Assembly: GCA_040386535.1 (NCBI GenBank)
Contig: JAZKFH010000067.1
Span: 48,204-112,203 of the forward strand
Direction: 5' to 3'
Source of the DNA: Myxococcota bacterium
Lineage (GTDB): Bacteria > Myxococcota_A > UBA796 > SXON01
Length of the DNA stretch: 64,000 bases
Shown here piece after piece: positions 30,905 to 40,836 of the stretch (positions within the stretch are counted from its first letter, which is position 1; every line of letters begins with the position of its first letter). The notes beneath the pieces were generated by a model. It was not told the origin of the DNA and did no database searches. It worked only from the letters and a program-made list of their open reading frames with translations. The position numbers and the translations under genes are program-made.

Positions 30905-32256
30905 GCAACAACGTCGATCTCATCGCGCTCGCACGCACCGTCGTGGGCCCCGGCCCCGACGTGGCGCGCGCCGTCCAGTCCACCCCGCGCGAGGTGCCCG
31001 CCTCCGTGCGCACGGCGACCAACATCGGCCTCGTGGTGGGCCTCGTGTCCATCGCCGCGGGCCTGTTCCTGCAAGCGGATCGCACCGCGGGCATGCTGCT
31101 GACGTGCCTCGTGTACTTCATCGGCGTGTCGCAGGGCGGCGTGATGTTCTCCGTCGCGCAGACAGCCTCGCTCGGCCGTTGGGGCCGCCCCTTCAAGCGC
31201 ATCGCCGAGTCCTTCTCGGTGATGTTGCCGATCCTCTACGTGCTCTGGTTGGTGTTCCTGCTCGCGGGCGGGCTGCACATCTACCCGTGGACCCACGAGC
31301 CGATGCACGGGCACAAGGCCATCTGGCTCCAGCCCGGCTTCTTCGTGGCGCGCCAGGCGGTGTGCCTCGGCATCCTGTTCCTGCTCTCGCTCACGTTCGT
31401 CCGCAACAGCCTCCGCCCCGACCTGGGCGTGGCCGCGGAAGAGCTCGGCAGCCGCGCCCCCGCGTGGTGGGGCAAGGTCACGGTCGGCTGGAAGGGCCGC
31501 GAGGCCGAGGTCGAAACCGCCTACCAGCGCAACATCAAGCTCGCGCCGGTGATGATCGTCACCTACGCTACCGTGTTCACGTTCTTCGCGGTCGACGCCG
31601 TGATGAGCCTCGAGCCGCACTGGTACTCGAACATGTTCCCGGCGTGGATGTTCGTCTCCAGCTTCTGGGTGTCGCTGTCCTGGATCTGCCTGTTCGCCGT
31701 CATCGGCGGCAAGTGGCTCCAGATCCAGCACCTCACCGGCCGGACCAACTTCCACGATCTCGGCAAGATGATGTTCGCGCTGAGCATCTTCTGGACCTAC
31801 ACCTTCTACGCGCAGCTCCTGCCGATCTGGTACGGGAACATGCCCGAGGAGACCGGGTACCTGATGCTCCGCATGTACACCGACACCTGGGGCCCGCTCT
31901 CCAAGGTCGTCCTGGCCATGTGCTTCATCATCCCCTTCACGGTGCTGCTCTCCCGCGGCATCAAGAAGCTCCCGCGCTCGCTCGCCGGTGTGGCCGTCGT
32001 CATCTCGCTGGGCGTGTTCCTCGAGCGCTTCCTGCTGGTCATGCCGGCGGTGTGGCGGGAAGACTCCCTCCCCATCGGCCCCCTGGAGCTCGGCATCCTC
32101 ATCGGCTTCGTGAGCTTGTTCGTCCGCGCCGTGACGACCTTCCTCGCGCAGGTCCCGCCGGTGCCCGTGTCGGACCCGTTCATGAACCCGAACCCGTCCG
32201 ACGTGCACGTGCACGCCCACCACCACGACTCCGGTCACGGACCCGCCCACGCATGA
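30901..32256 (+). CDS. actF: Alternative complex III subunit F
   Basis: ~10 TM helices; MSLEPHWYS, HDLGKMMFA, IWYGNMPEE. Confidence 0.92.
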   Translation: MSNNVDLIALARTVVGPGPDVARAVQSTPREVPASVRTATNIGLVVGLVSIAAGLFLQADRTAGMLLTCLVYFIGVSQGGVMFSVAQTASLGRWGRPFKRIAESFSVMLPILYVLWLVFLLAGGLHIYPWTHEPMHGHKAIWLQPGFFVARQAVCLGILFLLSLTFVRNSLRPDLGVAAEELGSRAPAWWGKVTVGWKGREAEVETAYQRNIKLAPVMIVTYATVFTFFAVDAVMSLEPHWYSNMFPAWMFVSSFWVSLSWICLFAVIGGKWLQIQHLTGRTNFHDLGKMMFALSIFWTYTFYAQLLPIWYGNMPEETGYLMLRMYTDTWGPLSKVVLAMCFIIPFTVLLSRGIKKLPRSLAGVAVVISLGVFLERFLLVMPAVWREDSLPIGPLELGILIGFVSLFVRAVTTFLAQVPPVPVSDPFMNPNPSDVHVHAHHHDSGHGPAHA

Positions 32257-32753
32257 CGAAAGAAGCGCTCCTGGCGCAGGCGGCGGTCATCACCGCCGCC
32301 CTGCGCGACCTGGATGCCACCGAGCCCGCGGCCGCCGAACAGGCGCTCCGCGGGTTTCGCGTATCCGCCTTCGAGGCCGCGCTCAGGGAGGCCCACGCCG
32401 AGGGCTGGGCCACCCCCAAGGAAGCGGGCGGCATCCGCTTTGGGCGCGTCACCCGCGCGGATCCCGCCCTCTCCGGCTTCAGCCTGGACGTGGTCGAGAT
32501 GAGCGGCGCGGCGCCCGGCGCACACACCCACCCCCGCGGTGAGTTCGATCTCTCCTTCGTGCTCGACGGGCAGCCGCGCTTCGACGGGCGGCCGCCGGGC
32601 TGGGTCGTGTACCCGCCGGGCAGTCGCCATGTCCCGACGGTGACGGGCGGCCGCATGCTCATCGCGTACTTCCTGCCGGCCGGGGAGATCGTCTTCGACG
32701 GCCAACGCGACGAACAAAAAAAGCCGGGTGATGTACAAACGGCGAAGGGCTAG
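32253..32753 (+). CDS. DUF4863-like cupin protein
   Basis: GGIRFGRV, FSLDVVEM, HTHPRGEFDL, GWVVYPPGSRHVPTVTGG, YFLP; ATGA overlap with actF. Confidence 0.8.
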   Translation: MTKEALLAQAAVITAALRDLDATEPAAAEQALRGFRVSAFEAALREAHAEGWATPKEAGGIRFGRVTRADPALSGFSLDVVEMSGAAPGAHTHPRGEFDLSFVLDGQPRFDGRPPGWVVYPPGSRHVPTVTGGRMLIAYFLPAGEIVFDGQRDEQKKPGDVQTAKG

Positions 32754-32804
32754 TTTCCGACGGGGAGCGTGGTGATTACCCCACGCTCCCTCCCCGAGAA
32801 ACGC

Positions 32805-33440
32805 ATGTCCACCATCCCCCGTATCGGCGATCCCGCTCCCGACTTCACCGCGAACACCACGCAGGGCCCCCTCACCTTCTCCGAGTGGCAGAACGGCAAG
32901 TGGGTGGTGTTCTTCTCGCACCCGGCCGACTTCACGCCCGTGTGCACGACCGAGCTCTCCGAGTTCTCGCGTCGCGCCCCCGAGTTCGAGGCCCGCAACA
33001 CCAAGCTCATCGGCCTCTCGATCGACTCGATCCACTCGCACCTCGCGTGGCTCGAGTCCATCGCCGCCAACATGGGGGTCGAGGTCCCCTTCCCCATGAT
33101 CGCCGACATCGACACCAAGGTGGCGCAGGCCTACGGCATGATCCACCCGGGCGAGAGCTCCACGGTGACCGTGCGCGCCGTGTTCGTCATCGACCCGAGC
33201 CGCACCGTCCGGGCCCTCATCTACTACCCGCTCACCAACGGCCGCAACATCGACGAGATCGTGCGCCTCATCGACAGCCTGCAGGCCGCCGCGGCGAACG
33301 GCATCGCCACGCCCGCCAACTGGCGTCCCGGCGACAAGGTGATCGTGCCCCCCACGACCACCGTGGCCGCCCGCAAGGTGCGCCTCGCCGACGACAAGCT
33401 GGAGCACGTCGCCCCGTACATGGCCCTCAAGTCGATCTAG
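32805..33440 (+). CDS. Peroxiredoxin (Prx6/1-Cys type)
   Basis: FSHPADFTPVCTTEL, YPLTNGRNIDE, ATPANW. Confidence 0.95.
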   Translation: MSTIPRIGDPAPDFTANTTQGPLTFSEWQNGKWVVFFSHPADFTPVCTTELSEFSRRAPEFEARNTKLIGLSIDSIHSHLAWLESIAANMGVEVPFPMIADIDTKVAQAYGMIHPGESSTVTVRAVFVIDPSRTVRALIYYPLTNGRNIDEIVRLIDSLQAAAANGIATPANWRPGDKVIVPPTTTVAARKVRLADDKLEHVAPYMALKSI

Positions 33441-33468
33441 CGGCCCGCGCCCAGCACGAGCGCGGGCC

Positions 33469-35154
33469 CTACTGCGGGATGTTCCGGGAGCGGTTCAGCC
33501 CCTCCCGGTACTCCGCGTTCCCTGGCCCGAGCTCGAGCGCCTTGTTGTAGCAGTCGAGCGCCTCGCGCGCGGCGCCCTTCATGATGGCCATCTCGCCCTT
33601 CTTGGAGAGCATCTCAGCGCTCTGATCGATCTTGCTCTTCTCGATGATCGAGGCGCGGTACTCGCGGCGCTTCGCGTCCGTGGAGAGCACGGCGAACGCC
33701 TCGTCCATCGCCGTGTTGATCTCGAGCAGCACCGCGCGGTGCTCCTCGCCGTTGCGCGTCGCGAGCTCCATGGGCCACTCGCCCTTGAGGCGCTTGTAGT
33801 GCGTCTCGACGTCGAGCGAGCTGCAGATCCAGTGGAGGTCGAGCCGCTCGAACAGGGTCTTGGCCCGGCTGTTCAACCGTCGTGACGCGAGGTCGGCAAC
33901 GAACCGCTCCTTCTCGCGGACCCCCGACGACTCGGCCCGCATCTCGAGCAGGTTGAGGTCGTACAGGCACCACAGGGCCGAGGCGGTCTGCGAGCGCGAG
34001 AGGCTCGACACCGAGAAGATCTCCCGCAGCCGGTACGGCGTGCGCTGGATGATCTGCACGAACTGCTGCTCCTCGGCGGTCAGCTTCATCTCGTCGAAGG
34101 TGCGCTCGACCCCCGGCACGATCGCGACGTAGTGGTCCAGCCACGGGCGCAGGAGCGCGGCCAGCTCCTGTGCCGGCATCTCGCGCGTGTGCGTGAGCAG
34201 CGCCCGGTACAGGATTGAGGCCACGCGCAGCGGCGGGGTCAGGAAGCGCTCCGGGAGCTCGTCGAGCAGGTGGAAGGTCCACGTGCCCTCCCGCTCGCGC
34301 AGCGCGCGCTGGAGCACGAAGTCGGCCTGTTTCTGGAGCATCAGCACGAGCTGGGGGAACGTGCAGACGCCCATCTCGATGAGGGCCTCTCCCTGGCGGG
34401 ACCCGGTGCGCTCCATGATCGCGAGCGACTCGGCGAGCTGCTCCTTCGTGAGGCTCCCGGCGCGGAACAGGAGCATGCCGAGCACCTCCTGCTCCTCGAC
34501 CGGCTCGGTGCGCCACGCCACCGGCCCGCCCTTCGACCAGAACCCGTACCGCACCCGCCCGTCGGGACGCGTGAGCGACAACATGCCGGTCTGCTTCTCG
34601 ACGGCCAGCGCCATGAGGGCGTCGCGCAAGGAGCGATCGACCAGGCTGCCCGACAGGCTGGGCGCCCCCACGGTGGGCACCCGGAGGCCACGAACCCGCG
34701 TCGCGGACGCCCCCGTCGAGGTCCCCTCCCCCCCGCCGCCGCCGAGCGCCACCCGGGCCTCGAGCTCGCGGATCCGCGCGCGCAGGCCGGCGACCTCCTC
34801 CGCGGACACGGGCGCCGTCGTGGTCGGCGGGACGAGCTGGCCCGACGTGACGAGCCAGCCCTTCACCTGCTCCGCGAGTCCGAGGAGCTGTTGGACCGCC
34901 GCGGTCACCTGGGGCGGCGTCTCGACGATGCGGAGGGCCACCCCCCCGTCGGGCATCGCGGCGACCACCTGGCCCACGAGGGGCCCCACCCGGCCCACGA
35001 CGGGGAGCACGAGGTCGACCTTGAGCTCGGGCGCCGGCTCGCCGTCGAGCGTGTGCCCGGGGAGCACGAGCGCGTTCACCCCGAGGGTCGACGGGTACGC
35101 GACCAGGAAGGTGGTGAGGTCGGGGTAGCGGAGCGTCGCCTGGCGAATGGCCAT
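33469..35154 (-). CDS. DUF4388-like protein with degenerate DnaJ-like domain and C-terminal TPR
   Basis: TGMLSL, LGMLL...GEALIEMG; J-like helices ending KRREYR; TPR (CYNKALELGPGNAEY). Confidence 0.75.
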   Translation of the reverse strand: MAIRQATLRYPDLTTFLVAYPSTLGVNALVLPGHTLDGEPAPELKVDLVLPVVGRVGPLVGQVVAAMPDGGVALRIVETPPQVTAAVQQLLGLAEQVKGWLVTSGQLVPPTTTAPVSAEEVAGLRARIRELEARVALGGGGGEGTSTGASATRVRGLRVPTVGAPSLSGSLVDRSLRDALMALAVEKQTGMLSLTRPDGRVRYGFWSKGGPVAWRTEPVEEQEVLGMLLFRAGSLTKEQLAESLAIMERTGSRQGEALIEMGVCTFPQLVLMLQKQADFVLQRALREREGTWTFHLLDELPERFLTPPLRVASILYRALLTHTREMPAQELAALLRPWLDHYVAIVPGVERTFDEMKLTAEEQQFVQIIQRTPYRLREIFSVSSLSRSQTASALWCLYDLNLLEMRAESSGVREKERFVADLASRRLNSRAKTLFERLDLHWICSSLDVETHYKRLKGEWPMELATRNGEEHRAVLLEINTAMDEAFAVLSTDAKRREYRASIIEKSKIDQSAEMLSKKGEMAIMKGAAREALDCYNKALELGPGNAEYREGLNRSRNIPQ

Positions 35155-35164
35155 GCGCGCGATT

Positions 35165-36208
35165 CTACTCCTCCGCCCTCGCGGCCCCACGCGCCAGCCA
35201 CTCCTCGACGGGGATCTTGCCGGAGCCATCCGGCAGATCGATCACGTAGGCGGGCAGGCCGATCCCGCTGGTGCGTGCGCGCAACGCGCGATGGAGCGCC
35301 ACGCCGCGGAGGGGATCGACCCGGAAGTGCGCGTTCCCCGCCGCGTGATCGGGGTGGTGCAGGTAGTACGGGAACACCCGGAGCGCGACGAGGCGCTCGG
35401 AGAGGGCGGCGAGCACGTCCACATCGTCGTTCACGCCCGCGAGGAGCACGGCCTGGTTCAAGACGGGGATGCCCGCGTCGATCAGCATGCGGAGGGCGGT
35501 CTCGACGGGTGGGGTCAGCTCCGCGGCGTGGTTGGCGTGGACCAGCACCCAAACAGGCCCGCGCGCCGCCAGCCCCGCCACGAGCGCCGGGGTGACCCGG
35601 CTCGGGTAGGTGATCGGCGCGCGGGTGTGGATGCGGATCACGGGGATGGTGGCCCGGAGCGTGTCGATGGCGTCGAACAGGCGGGCGTCCGAGACCGCGA
35701 GCGGGTCGCCGCCCGAGAGGATGGCCTCGCGCGCGCCGCTGCCCGCGGCCCACGCCAGGAGCCGCGCCCACTCCTCCGGCGAGGGATCATCGGTGTCACC
35801 GGGCTCGTGGTTCCGTCGGAAACAGTAGCGGCAGTACAGGTGGCAACGCTTGGTCAGGAGCAGGAGCACCCGGTCGGCATGCTTGCGCACCCCCCACGGA
35901 ACGGGGCTCCGGAGCGCGTCCCCGACGGGATCCTCGCAGTCGTCGGGCGCGGACACGCCCTCGCGCGCGTCGGGCAGGACCGTGAGCAGGCGAGGGTCGG
36001 CGGGGTCGGTTGCACCTTCTACGTAGGCACGCGGGATGTGCACGGGGAACGCCGCCGCCAGCCGTTCCCAATCCAACTCTCGGAGCCACGGCCAGCGCTC
36101 CAGGGCCTCCGGCCGCCCGACGAACGGACCGGGCGCTGGCGCCTTTCTTTCCGGGTGATAGAAGGCGGCCTCCGTAAGATTGCCCCTCCCCGCTGGAGCG
36201 AACCCCAT
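35165..36208 (-). CDS. epmB: KamA-family radical SAM lysine 2,3-aminomutase (EpmB); start uncertain (TTG 36076 is an alternative)
   Basis: CHLYCRYCFRR, ILSGGDPL, RIHTR, HANH, NQAVLL, PYYLH, YVIDLPDGSGK; divergent from efp. Confidence 0.88.
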   Translation of the reverse strand: MGFAPAGRGNLTEAAFYHPERKAPAPGPFVGRPEALERWPWLRELDWERLAAAFPVHIPRAYVEGATDPADPRLLTVLPDAREGVSAPDDCEDPVGDALRSPVPWGVRKHADRVLLLLTKRCHLYCRYCFRRNHEPGDTDDPSPEEWARLLAWAAGSGAREAILSGGDPLAVSDARLFDAIDTLRATIPVIRIHTRAPITYPSRVTPALVAGLAARGPVWVLVHANHAAELTPPVETALRMLIDAGIPVLNQAVLLAGVNDDVDVLAALSERLVALRVFPYYLHHPDHAAGNAHFRVDPLRGVALHRALRARTSGIGLPAYVIDLPDGSGKIPVEEWLARGAARAEE

Positions 36209-36776
36209 GTACGAGACCTCCGACTTTCGCAATGGCTTGAAGATCGAGCTGGACGGCGATCCCTACACCATCGTCTACTTCCAGTTCGTCAAGCCCGGCA
36301 AAGGTACCGCGTTCACGCGCACCAAGCTCAAGAGCATTCTCTCGGGCTCCGTGATCGAGCGTACCTTCCGCTCGGGGGAGACCGTGGGCGAGGCGGATGT
36401 CGAGGAACACCCCATGCAGTTCCTCTACAACAACGGCGAGACGTTCACCTTCATGAACACCGAGTCGTTCGAGCAGGTCGAGCTCGACGCGAAGCTCCTC
36501 GGGGACGACGCGAAGTTCCTCATGGAGAACCTCGACGTGCACGTGCTCTTCTACAAGGGCCGCGCGGTCAACATGACGCTCCCGAACTTCATCGAGACCA
36601 AGGTCATGTGGACCGAGCCTGCGGTCAAGGGCAACACGTCCCAGGGCGTGCTCAAGATGGCGAAGCTCGAGTGCGGCGCCGAGATCCAGGTGCCCATCTT
36701 CGTGAACGAAGGCGAGCTCCTCAAGGTCGACACGCGCGAGGGCGGCTCCTACGTCGGCCGGGTCAACACCAAGTAG
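36207..36776 (+). CDS. efp: Elongation factor P
   Basis: FVKPGKGTAF, TFRSGE, KGNT, VPIFVNEGE, VDTR. Confidence 0.97.
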   Translation: MYETSDFRNGLKIELDGDPYTIVYFQFVKPGKGTAFTRTKLKSILSGSVIERTFRSGETVGEADVEEHPMQFLYNNGETFTFMNTESFEQVELDAKLLGDDAKFLMENLDVHVLFYKGRAVNMTLPNFIETKVMWTEPAVKGNTSQGVLKMAKLECGAEIQVPIFVNEGELLKVDTREGGSYVGRVNTK

Positions 36777-36813
36777 CCAGCGTTGAAGGAGCCGAACGGC
36801 TCGTTCGTCGAGA

Positions 36814-36849
36814 GAAGGCCCCCGTCACCCGGGGGCCTTCTTTGTTTTT
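36814..36849 (+). terminator. Intrinsic terminator after efp
   Basis: GAAGGCCCC...GGGGCCTTC stem followed by TTTGTTTTT. Confidence 0.75.
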
Positions 36850-36971
36850 GCGGCGCGGTTCGAGATATGCGGAAGATAGTGTGAAGTAAGGGCGCCGCGG
36901 TTCGAAGAGAACCAGCGACGTTGCCGGTCAGGGGCTCCGTCTCTACCTGTAGTTCAACCATAGGTGCTCCC

Positions 36972-38066
36972 ATGCGCGGCAAAGCGTCGATACGTCCGAG
37001 CGAAGGCAACGTTGCTGTCACGCTCGCCTTGAGCCTCACGACGCTCCTCGGGTTCGCCGCCGTCACGATCGACATCAGCTACGGCCGCGTCGTCCAGCAG
37101 CAGCTGCAGAACGCGAGCGAAGCCGCCGCGCGCGCCGGCACCATGAAGCTGGACGGGACGGACGAGGGCCTCGTCGAGGCCCGTGCGACCGCGATCGCCG
37201 TGGCCGCGATGAACAACGCCGGGGGCGGGCCCGTCGCGGTTGCCGCTGCGGACGTGACCCTCGGCAGTTGGAACGACACCACGAGCACGTTCGTGGCGAG
37301 CGAGGACCCCGCCGTGGTCGACACCGTGGCCGTGCGCGCGCGGGTCGGCGGGCTCGACCTGTTCGTCTCGCCCGTGGCGTTCGGTCGCACGACGGTCCCG
37401 GTCTCCGCGGAGACACGCGTGAAGGTCGAGAAAGGCGGCGCCACCGCGGTCTCCTGCTTCCTCCCCCTCGCCATCCCCAGCTGCATCCTCGATCGGGAGG
37501 GGGTCGACGGCATCCAGGATCTCAAGCTCAAGCTGAACCCCGCCGGCGTCGACAACGTGGGCTGGGGCCGCCCGAACGGGCACCCGAACGCGAGCTGGGC
37601 GAAGGACCAGATCGGGGACTGCGAGGCCGAGGGCGAGGTCAAGATCGGCGATCCCATCGGCCTGAACAACGGCGTCTTGAGCTCCGCCATCAGCGAGCTC
37701 GACACCGAGATCGAGGCCTCCTCCACGCGCTGGTCGACCGCGAAGTGGGGAGCCCTCCCCAGTCGGCCGAGCACCAGCAAAATCGCGATCGGCAAGTACG
37801 GGAACACCTACGAGGGCCCCATCCTGGTGTTCGACGGGGGGCCCGGGTACTGCACCGGCTCGGGCGGCGCCTTCAACCACGACGAGCCGCTCGTGGCGTT
37901 CTTGTGGGCCGCCGTCTACGACATCACGGGGAACGGCGCCAACACCAACCTCTCGATCCGCATCGACACGTCGAGCGACTACGACTACGGCACCGAGGGC
38001 GGCGGCAGCGGGCCCAACTACGGCGTCACCTTCAACGGAAGGCCCCGGTTGGTGCGCGGCGACTGA
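36972..38066 (+). CDS. TadG-like Flp pilus-associated protein
   Basis: EGNVAVTLAL...LLGFAAVTIDI, LQNASEAAARAG Tad N-terminal motif. Confidence 0.8.
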   Translation: MRGKASIRPSEGNVAVTLALSLTTLLGFAAVTIDISYGRVVQQQLQNASEAAARAGTMKLDGTDEGLVEARATAIAVAAMNNAGGGPVAVAAADVTLGSWNDTTSTFVASEDPAVVDTVAVRARVGGLDLFVSPVAFGRTTVPVSAETRVKVEKGGATAVSCFLPLAIPSCILDREGVDGIQDLKLKLNPAGVDNVGWGRPNGHPNASWAKDQIGDCEAEGEVKIGDPIGLNNGVLSSAISELDTEIEASSTRWSTAKWGALPSRPSTSKIAIGKYGNTYEGPILVFDGGPGYCTGSGGAFNHDEPLVAFLWAAVYDITGNGANTNLSIRIDTSSDYDYGTEGGGSGPNYGVTFNGRPRLVRGD

Positions 38067-38084
38067 ACGGCGTACACGGGCGCC

Positions 38085-38942
38085 GTGACGCCCGTGACCC
38101 TCCCCGCCGCGCTCCCGCCCCGCATCGACGCCGGCCGCCTGCGCCAACGCGCCGCGATCCTCCACGCCCTGCGCACGACGCTGCACGACACCGGCTTTCT
38201 CGAGGTCCAACCCCCCACGATCGTGGACGGGCCGGCGCTCGAGGAGACGCTGGAGCCCGTCCACGCGGACGGGCGGTATCTCCACACGAGCCCCGAGTTC
38301 GCGCTCAAGCGGGTGCTGGCCGCGGGCCTGCCGCGCATCTACAGCATCGTCCCGTGTTTCCGCGACGAGGAGTGGGGCACCCACCACGCGCGGGAGTTCA
38401 CGATGTTGGAGCTCTACTTCGCGAACGCCGGCTACCTCGACCTCATCCCGGTCGTGGAGGGCCTGGTGGCCGCCTCCGCGCGCGCGATCGCCGTGCCGGC
38501 GCCCGTCTTCGAGCGGCGGACCGTGGAATCGCTGTTCGACGGGGACATTCCCGACGACGACGACACGTTCTTCCTCCGCTGGGTCGACCGGATCGAGCCG
38601 ACGCTGACCGCGCCGACCTTCGTGCTCGACTACCCCGCGCGGCACGCGGCCCTCGCGGAGGTGCGCGGCGAGGTGTCCGAGCGCCTCGAGGTCTACCTCG
38701 GGGGGCTGGAGCTCGGGAACGGGTTCTCCGAGCTGCGCGACCCCGACGAGCTGCGCGCGCGCTTCCACACCTCGGCCGCGCGCCGCATCGCCGCCGGGCG
38801 CCGCCCCCATCCCGTCGACGAGGGCGTGATCGCCGCATCCGCGCACATGCCCCGCGCCGCCGGCATCGCCATCGGGGTCGATCGCCTCGTGATGGCCCTC
38901 ACCGGCGAGCCGGACATCGCGCACGTCCAGGTCTCGCGGTAG
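38085..38942 (+). CDS. epmA: EF-P beta-lysine ligase (EpmA/GenX)
   Basis: YLHTSPEFALKR, FRDEE..HHAREFTMLE, ELGNGFSEL, GIAIGVDRL; no anticodon-binding domain. Confidence 0.92.
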   Translation: MTPVTLPAALPPRIDAGRLRQRAAILHALRTTLHDTGFLEVQPPTIVDGPALEETLEPVHADGRYLHTSPEFALKRVLAAGLPRIYSIVPCFRDEEWGTHHAREFTMLELYFANAGYLDLIPVVEGLVAASARAIAVPAPVFERRTVESLFDGDIPDDDDTFFLRWVDRIEPTLTAPTFVLDYPARHAALAEVRGEVSERLEVYLGGLELGNGFSELRDPDELRARFHTSAARRIAAGRRPHPVDEGVIAASAHMPRAAGIAIGVDRLVMALTGEPDIAHVQVSR

Positions 38943-38963
38943 AAGGGCGCCGCGGAGGGTGAG

Positions 38964-39692
38964 ATGGAACTCGAGGGCAAGATCGCCGTGGTCACCGGGG
39001 GGAGCCGAGGCATCGGCCGCGCCATCTCGTTGGAGCTCGGGCGCGCGGGCGCGTTCGTGCTGGTCAACTACCTCAAGAACGCGGACGCGGCCGAGCAGGT
39101 CGTGGCCGAGCTCGGCGGGCGCGGGCGCGCCATCCAGGCGGACGTGTCCACCCAGGCCGGCGTCGACGCGCTGATCGCGGCGGGCGAGGCCGCGGGCGGC
39201 ATCGAGCTGCTCGTCAACAACGCGGGCATCACGCGGGACGGGCTGCTCCTGCGCATGAGCGACGAGGACTGGAACACGGTCATCGACACGAACCTCGGCT
39301 CGGTGTTCCGCTGCTGCCGCGGCGCGGCCCAACACATGCTCTCCCGCCGCCGCGGCGCCATCGTGAACCTCACGAGCATCAGCGGCATCCAGGGCAACCC
39401 CGGCCAGAGCAACTACTCGGCGGCCAAGGCGGGAATCATCGCCTTCTCGCGCTCGATGGCCAAGGAGCTCGGCCGCCGGAACATCCGCGTGAACTGCGTG
39501 GCGCCGGGCTTCATCGACACCGACATGACCACGGCGCTCCCCTCGGAGCTGGTCGACGGCGTGAAGCAGATGATCCCGCTCCGCCGCCTCGGCAAGCCCG
39601 AGGAGATCGCGCCCATCGTGCGCTTCCTCCTCGGCCCCGGCGCGTCCTACGTCACCGGGCAGACCTTCGTGGTGGACGGTGGGCTGAGCTAA
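38964..39692 (+). CDS. fabG: 3-oxoacyl-ACP reductase
   Basis: [39 protein letters not shown]. Confidence 0.93.
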   Translation: MELEGKIAVVTGGSRGIGRAISLELGRAGAFVLVNYLKNADAAEQVVAELGGRGRAIQADVSTQAGVDALIAAGEAAGGIELLVNNAGITRDGLLLRMSDEDWNTVIDTNLGSVFRCCRGAAQHMLSRRRGAIVNLTSISGIQGNPGQSNYSAAKAGIIAFSRSMAKELGRRNIRVNCVAPGFIDTDMTTALPSELVDGVKQMIPLRRLGKPEEIAPIVRFLLGPGASYVTGQTFVVDGGLS

Positions 39693-39721
39693 CGGCCGGC
39701 CGCCCTTCGAAGGGGGACGGC

Positions 39722-40741
39722 CTACGGGAGCGCGGTCAGCTGGGGCACGAGCAGCGCGGTCAGCCGCGTGACGACTTCGGCCACGGGCGCCTGGAGCACG
39801 ACGCCCGCCGCCTTGGCGTGGCCGCCGCCCCCCGCGTCGAGCGAACGCGCGAGCGCCGCCACGTCCACGCGGCCGCTGGAGCGCAGCGAGAGCTTCACCC
39901 GTGTCGGCGCGCGTTCGACGATCACCACCGCGAGATCGACCCCCTCGGTGTGCTGGAGCATGTCGACCACGCCCTCCAGATCGCCGTCGTTCGCGCCGAC
40001 CTCTCGCATCATGGCGAGCGTGCACGTCGTCATCGCGAGCCGCCCGTTCGCCGGAAACGTGGCCTCCTGGAGCAGCCGGGCCATGAGGCGGAGCGCGGCG
40101 GGGCGGCGCTCGACCAGCACCTTGAGCATGATGCGCGCGTGGTCGATGCCGGTCTCGAGGAGCTCGGCCGCGAGGCGATGGGTGGACGCGGCGGTGTTCG
40201 AGTACCGGAAGCCGCCGGTGTCGAAGATGATCCCCACGTACAGCAGCGTGGCGAGGTCGGCGTCGAGCGGGACAGCCCACGCCTTCGCCAAGGCGCTGAC
40301 CATGCCGCAGGTGCTCTCGGCGGTGGGGTCAAAATACGCCACGTCGTAGCCGCCGAGATCGGTCGACCGGTGGTGGTCGATGATGCCCGTCCAACGGGCG
40401 CCGGCGAACGCGCGGGTCACCTCGGGGCACAGCCGGGTCTTGTCTCCGTCGAGCACGACCACGCCGTCGTACGCGCCCACCGCCGTGTCCGGCACCATCG
40501 CCGCGGCCCCGGGGAGCCAGCCGTACCGGTGCCCGGGCACCCCCGCCACGTCGACCCGCACACCGGGGGCGGTCACCTCCAGCAGCCGTTGGAGCGCGAT
40601 GCACGCGCCGATGCTGTCCCCATCGGGACCCTCGGGGCCCGTCAGGAGCACCGATGTGCTCTGCCGCACGCGGTCGAGCAGCGCAACTTCGATCCGCCCG
40701 ACCATCTGTTCGACCGACTGCTCGACCAACTTCTCGACCAT
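39722..40741 (-). CDS. nrnA: DHH/DHHA1 phosphoesterase (NrnA-like)
   Basis: PDGDSIG, IIDHH, DTGGFRYS, SLRS, GGGHAKAAG. Confidence 0.88.
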   Translation of the reverse strand: MVEKLVEQSVEQMVGRIEVALLDRVRQSTSVLLTGPEGPDGDSIGACIALQRLLEVTAPGVRVDVAGVPGHRYGWLPGAAAMVPDTAVGAYDGVVVLDGDKTRLCPEVTRAFAGARWTGIIDHHRSTDLGGYDVAYFDPTAESTCGMVSALAKAWAVPLDADLATLLYVGIIFDTGGFRYSNTAASTHRLAAELLETGIDHARIMLKVLVERRPAALRLMARLLQEATFPANGRLAMTTCTLAMMREVGANDGDLEGVVDMLQHTEGVDLAVVIVERAPTRVKLSLRSSGRVDVAALARSLDAGGGGHAKAAGVVLQAPVAEVVTRLTALLVPQLTALP

Positions 40742-40836
40742 GGGGGTTCCCGCGAACCCACAAGCCTATTGCAGCCGCCTCTTCGCGCAAGCGCGCCCGG
40801 TTGCGATGAGCCGGAATCGGGATAAATAGGCCCCCT

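Noticed and set aside
38085..38942. Lysyl-tRNA synthetase
   Set aside because: Lacks the anticodon-binding domain and clusters with efp and epmB, so it is EpmA
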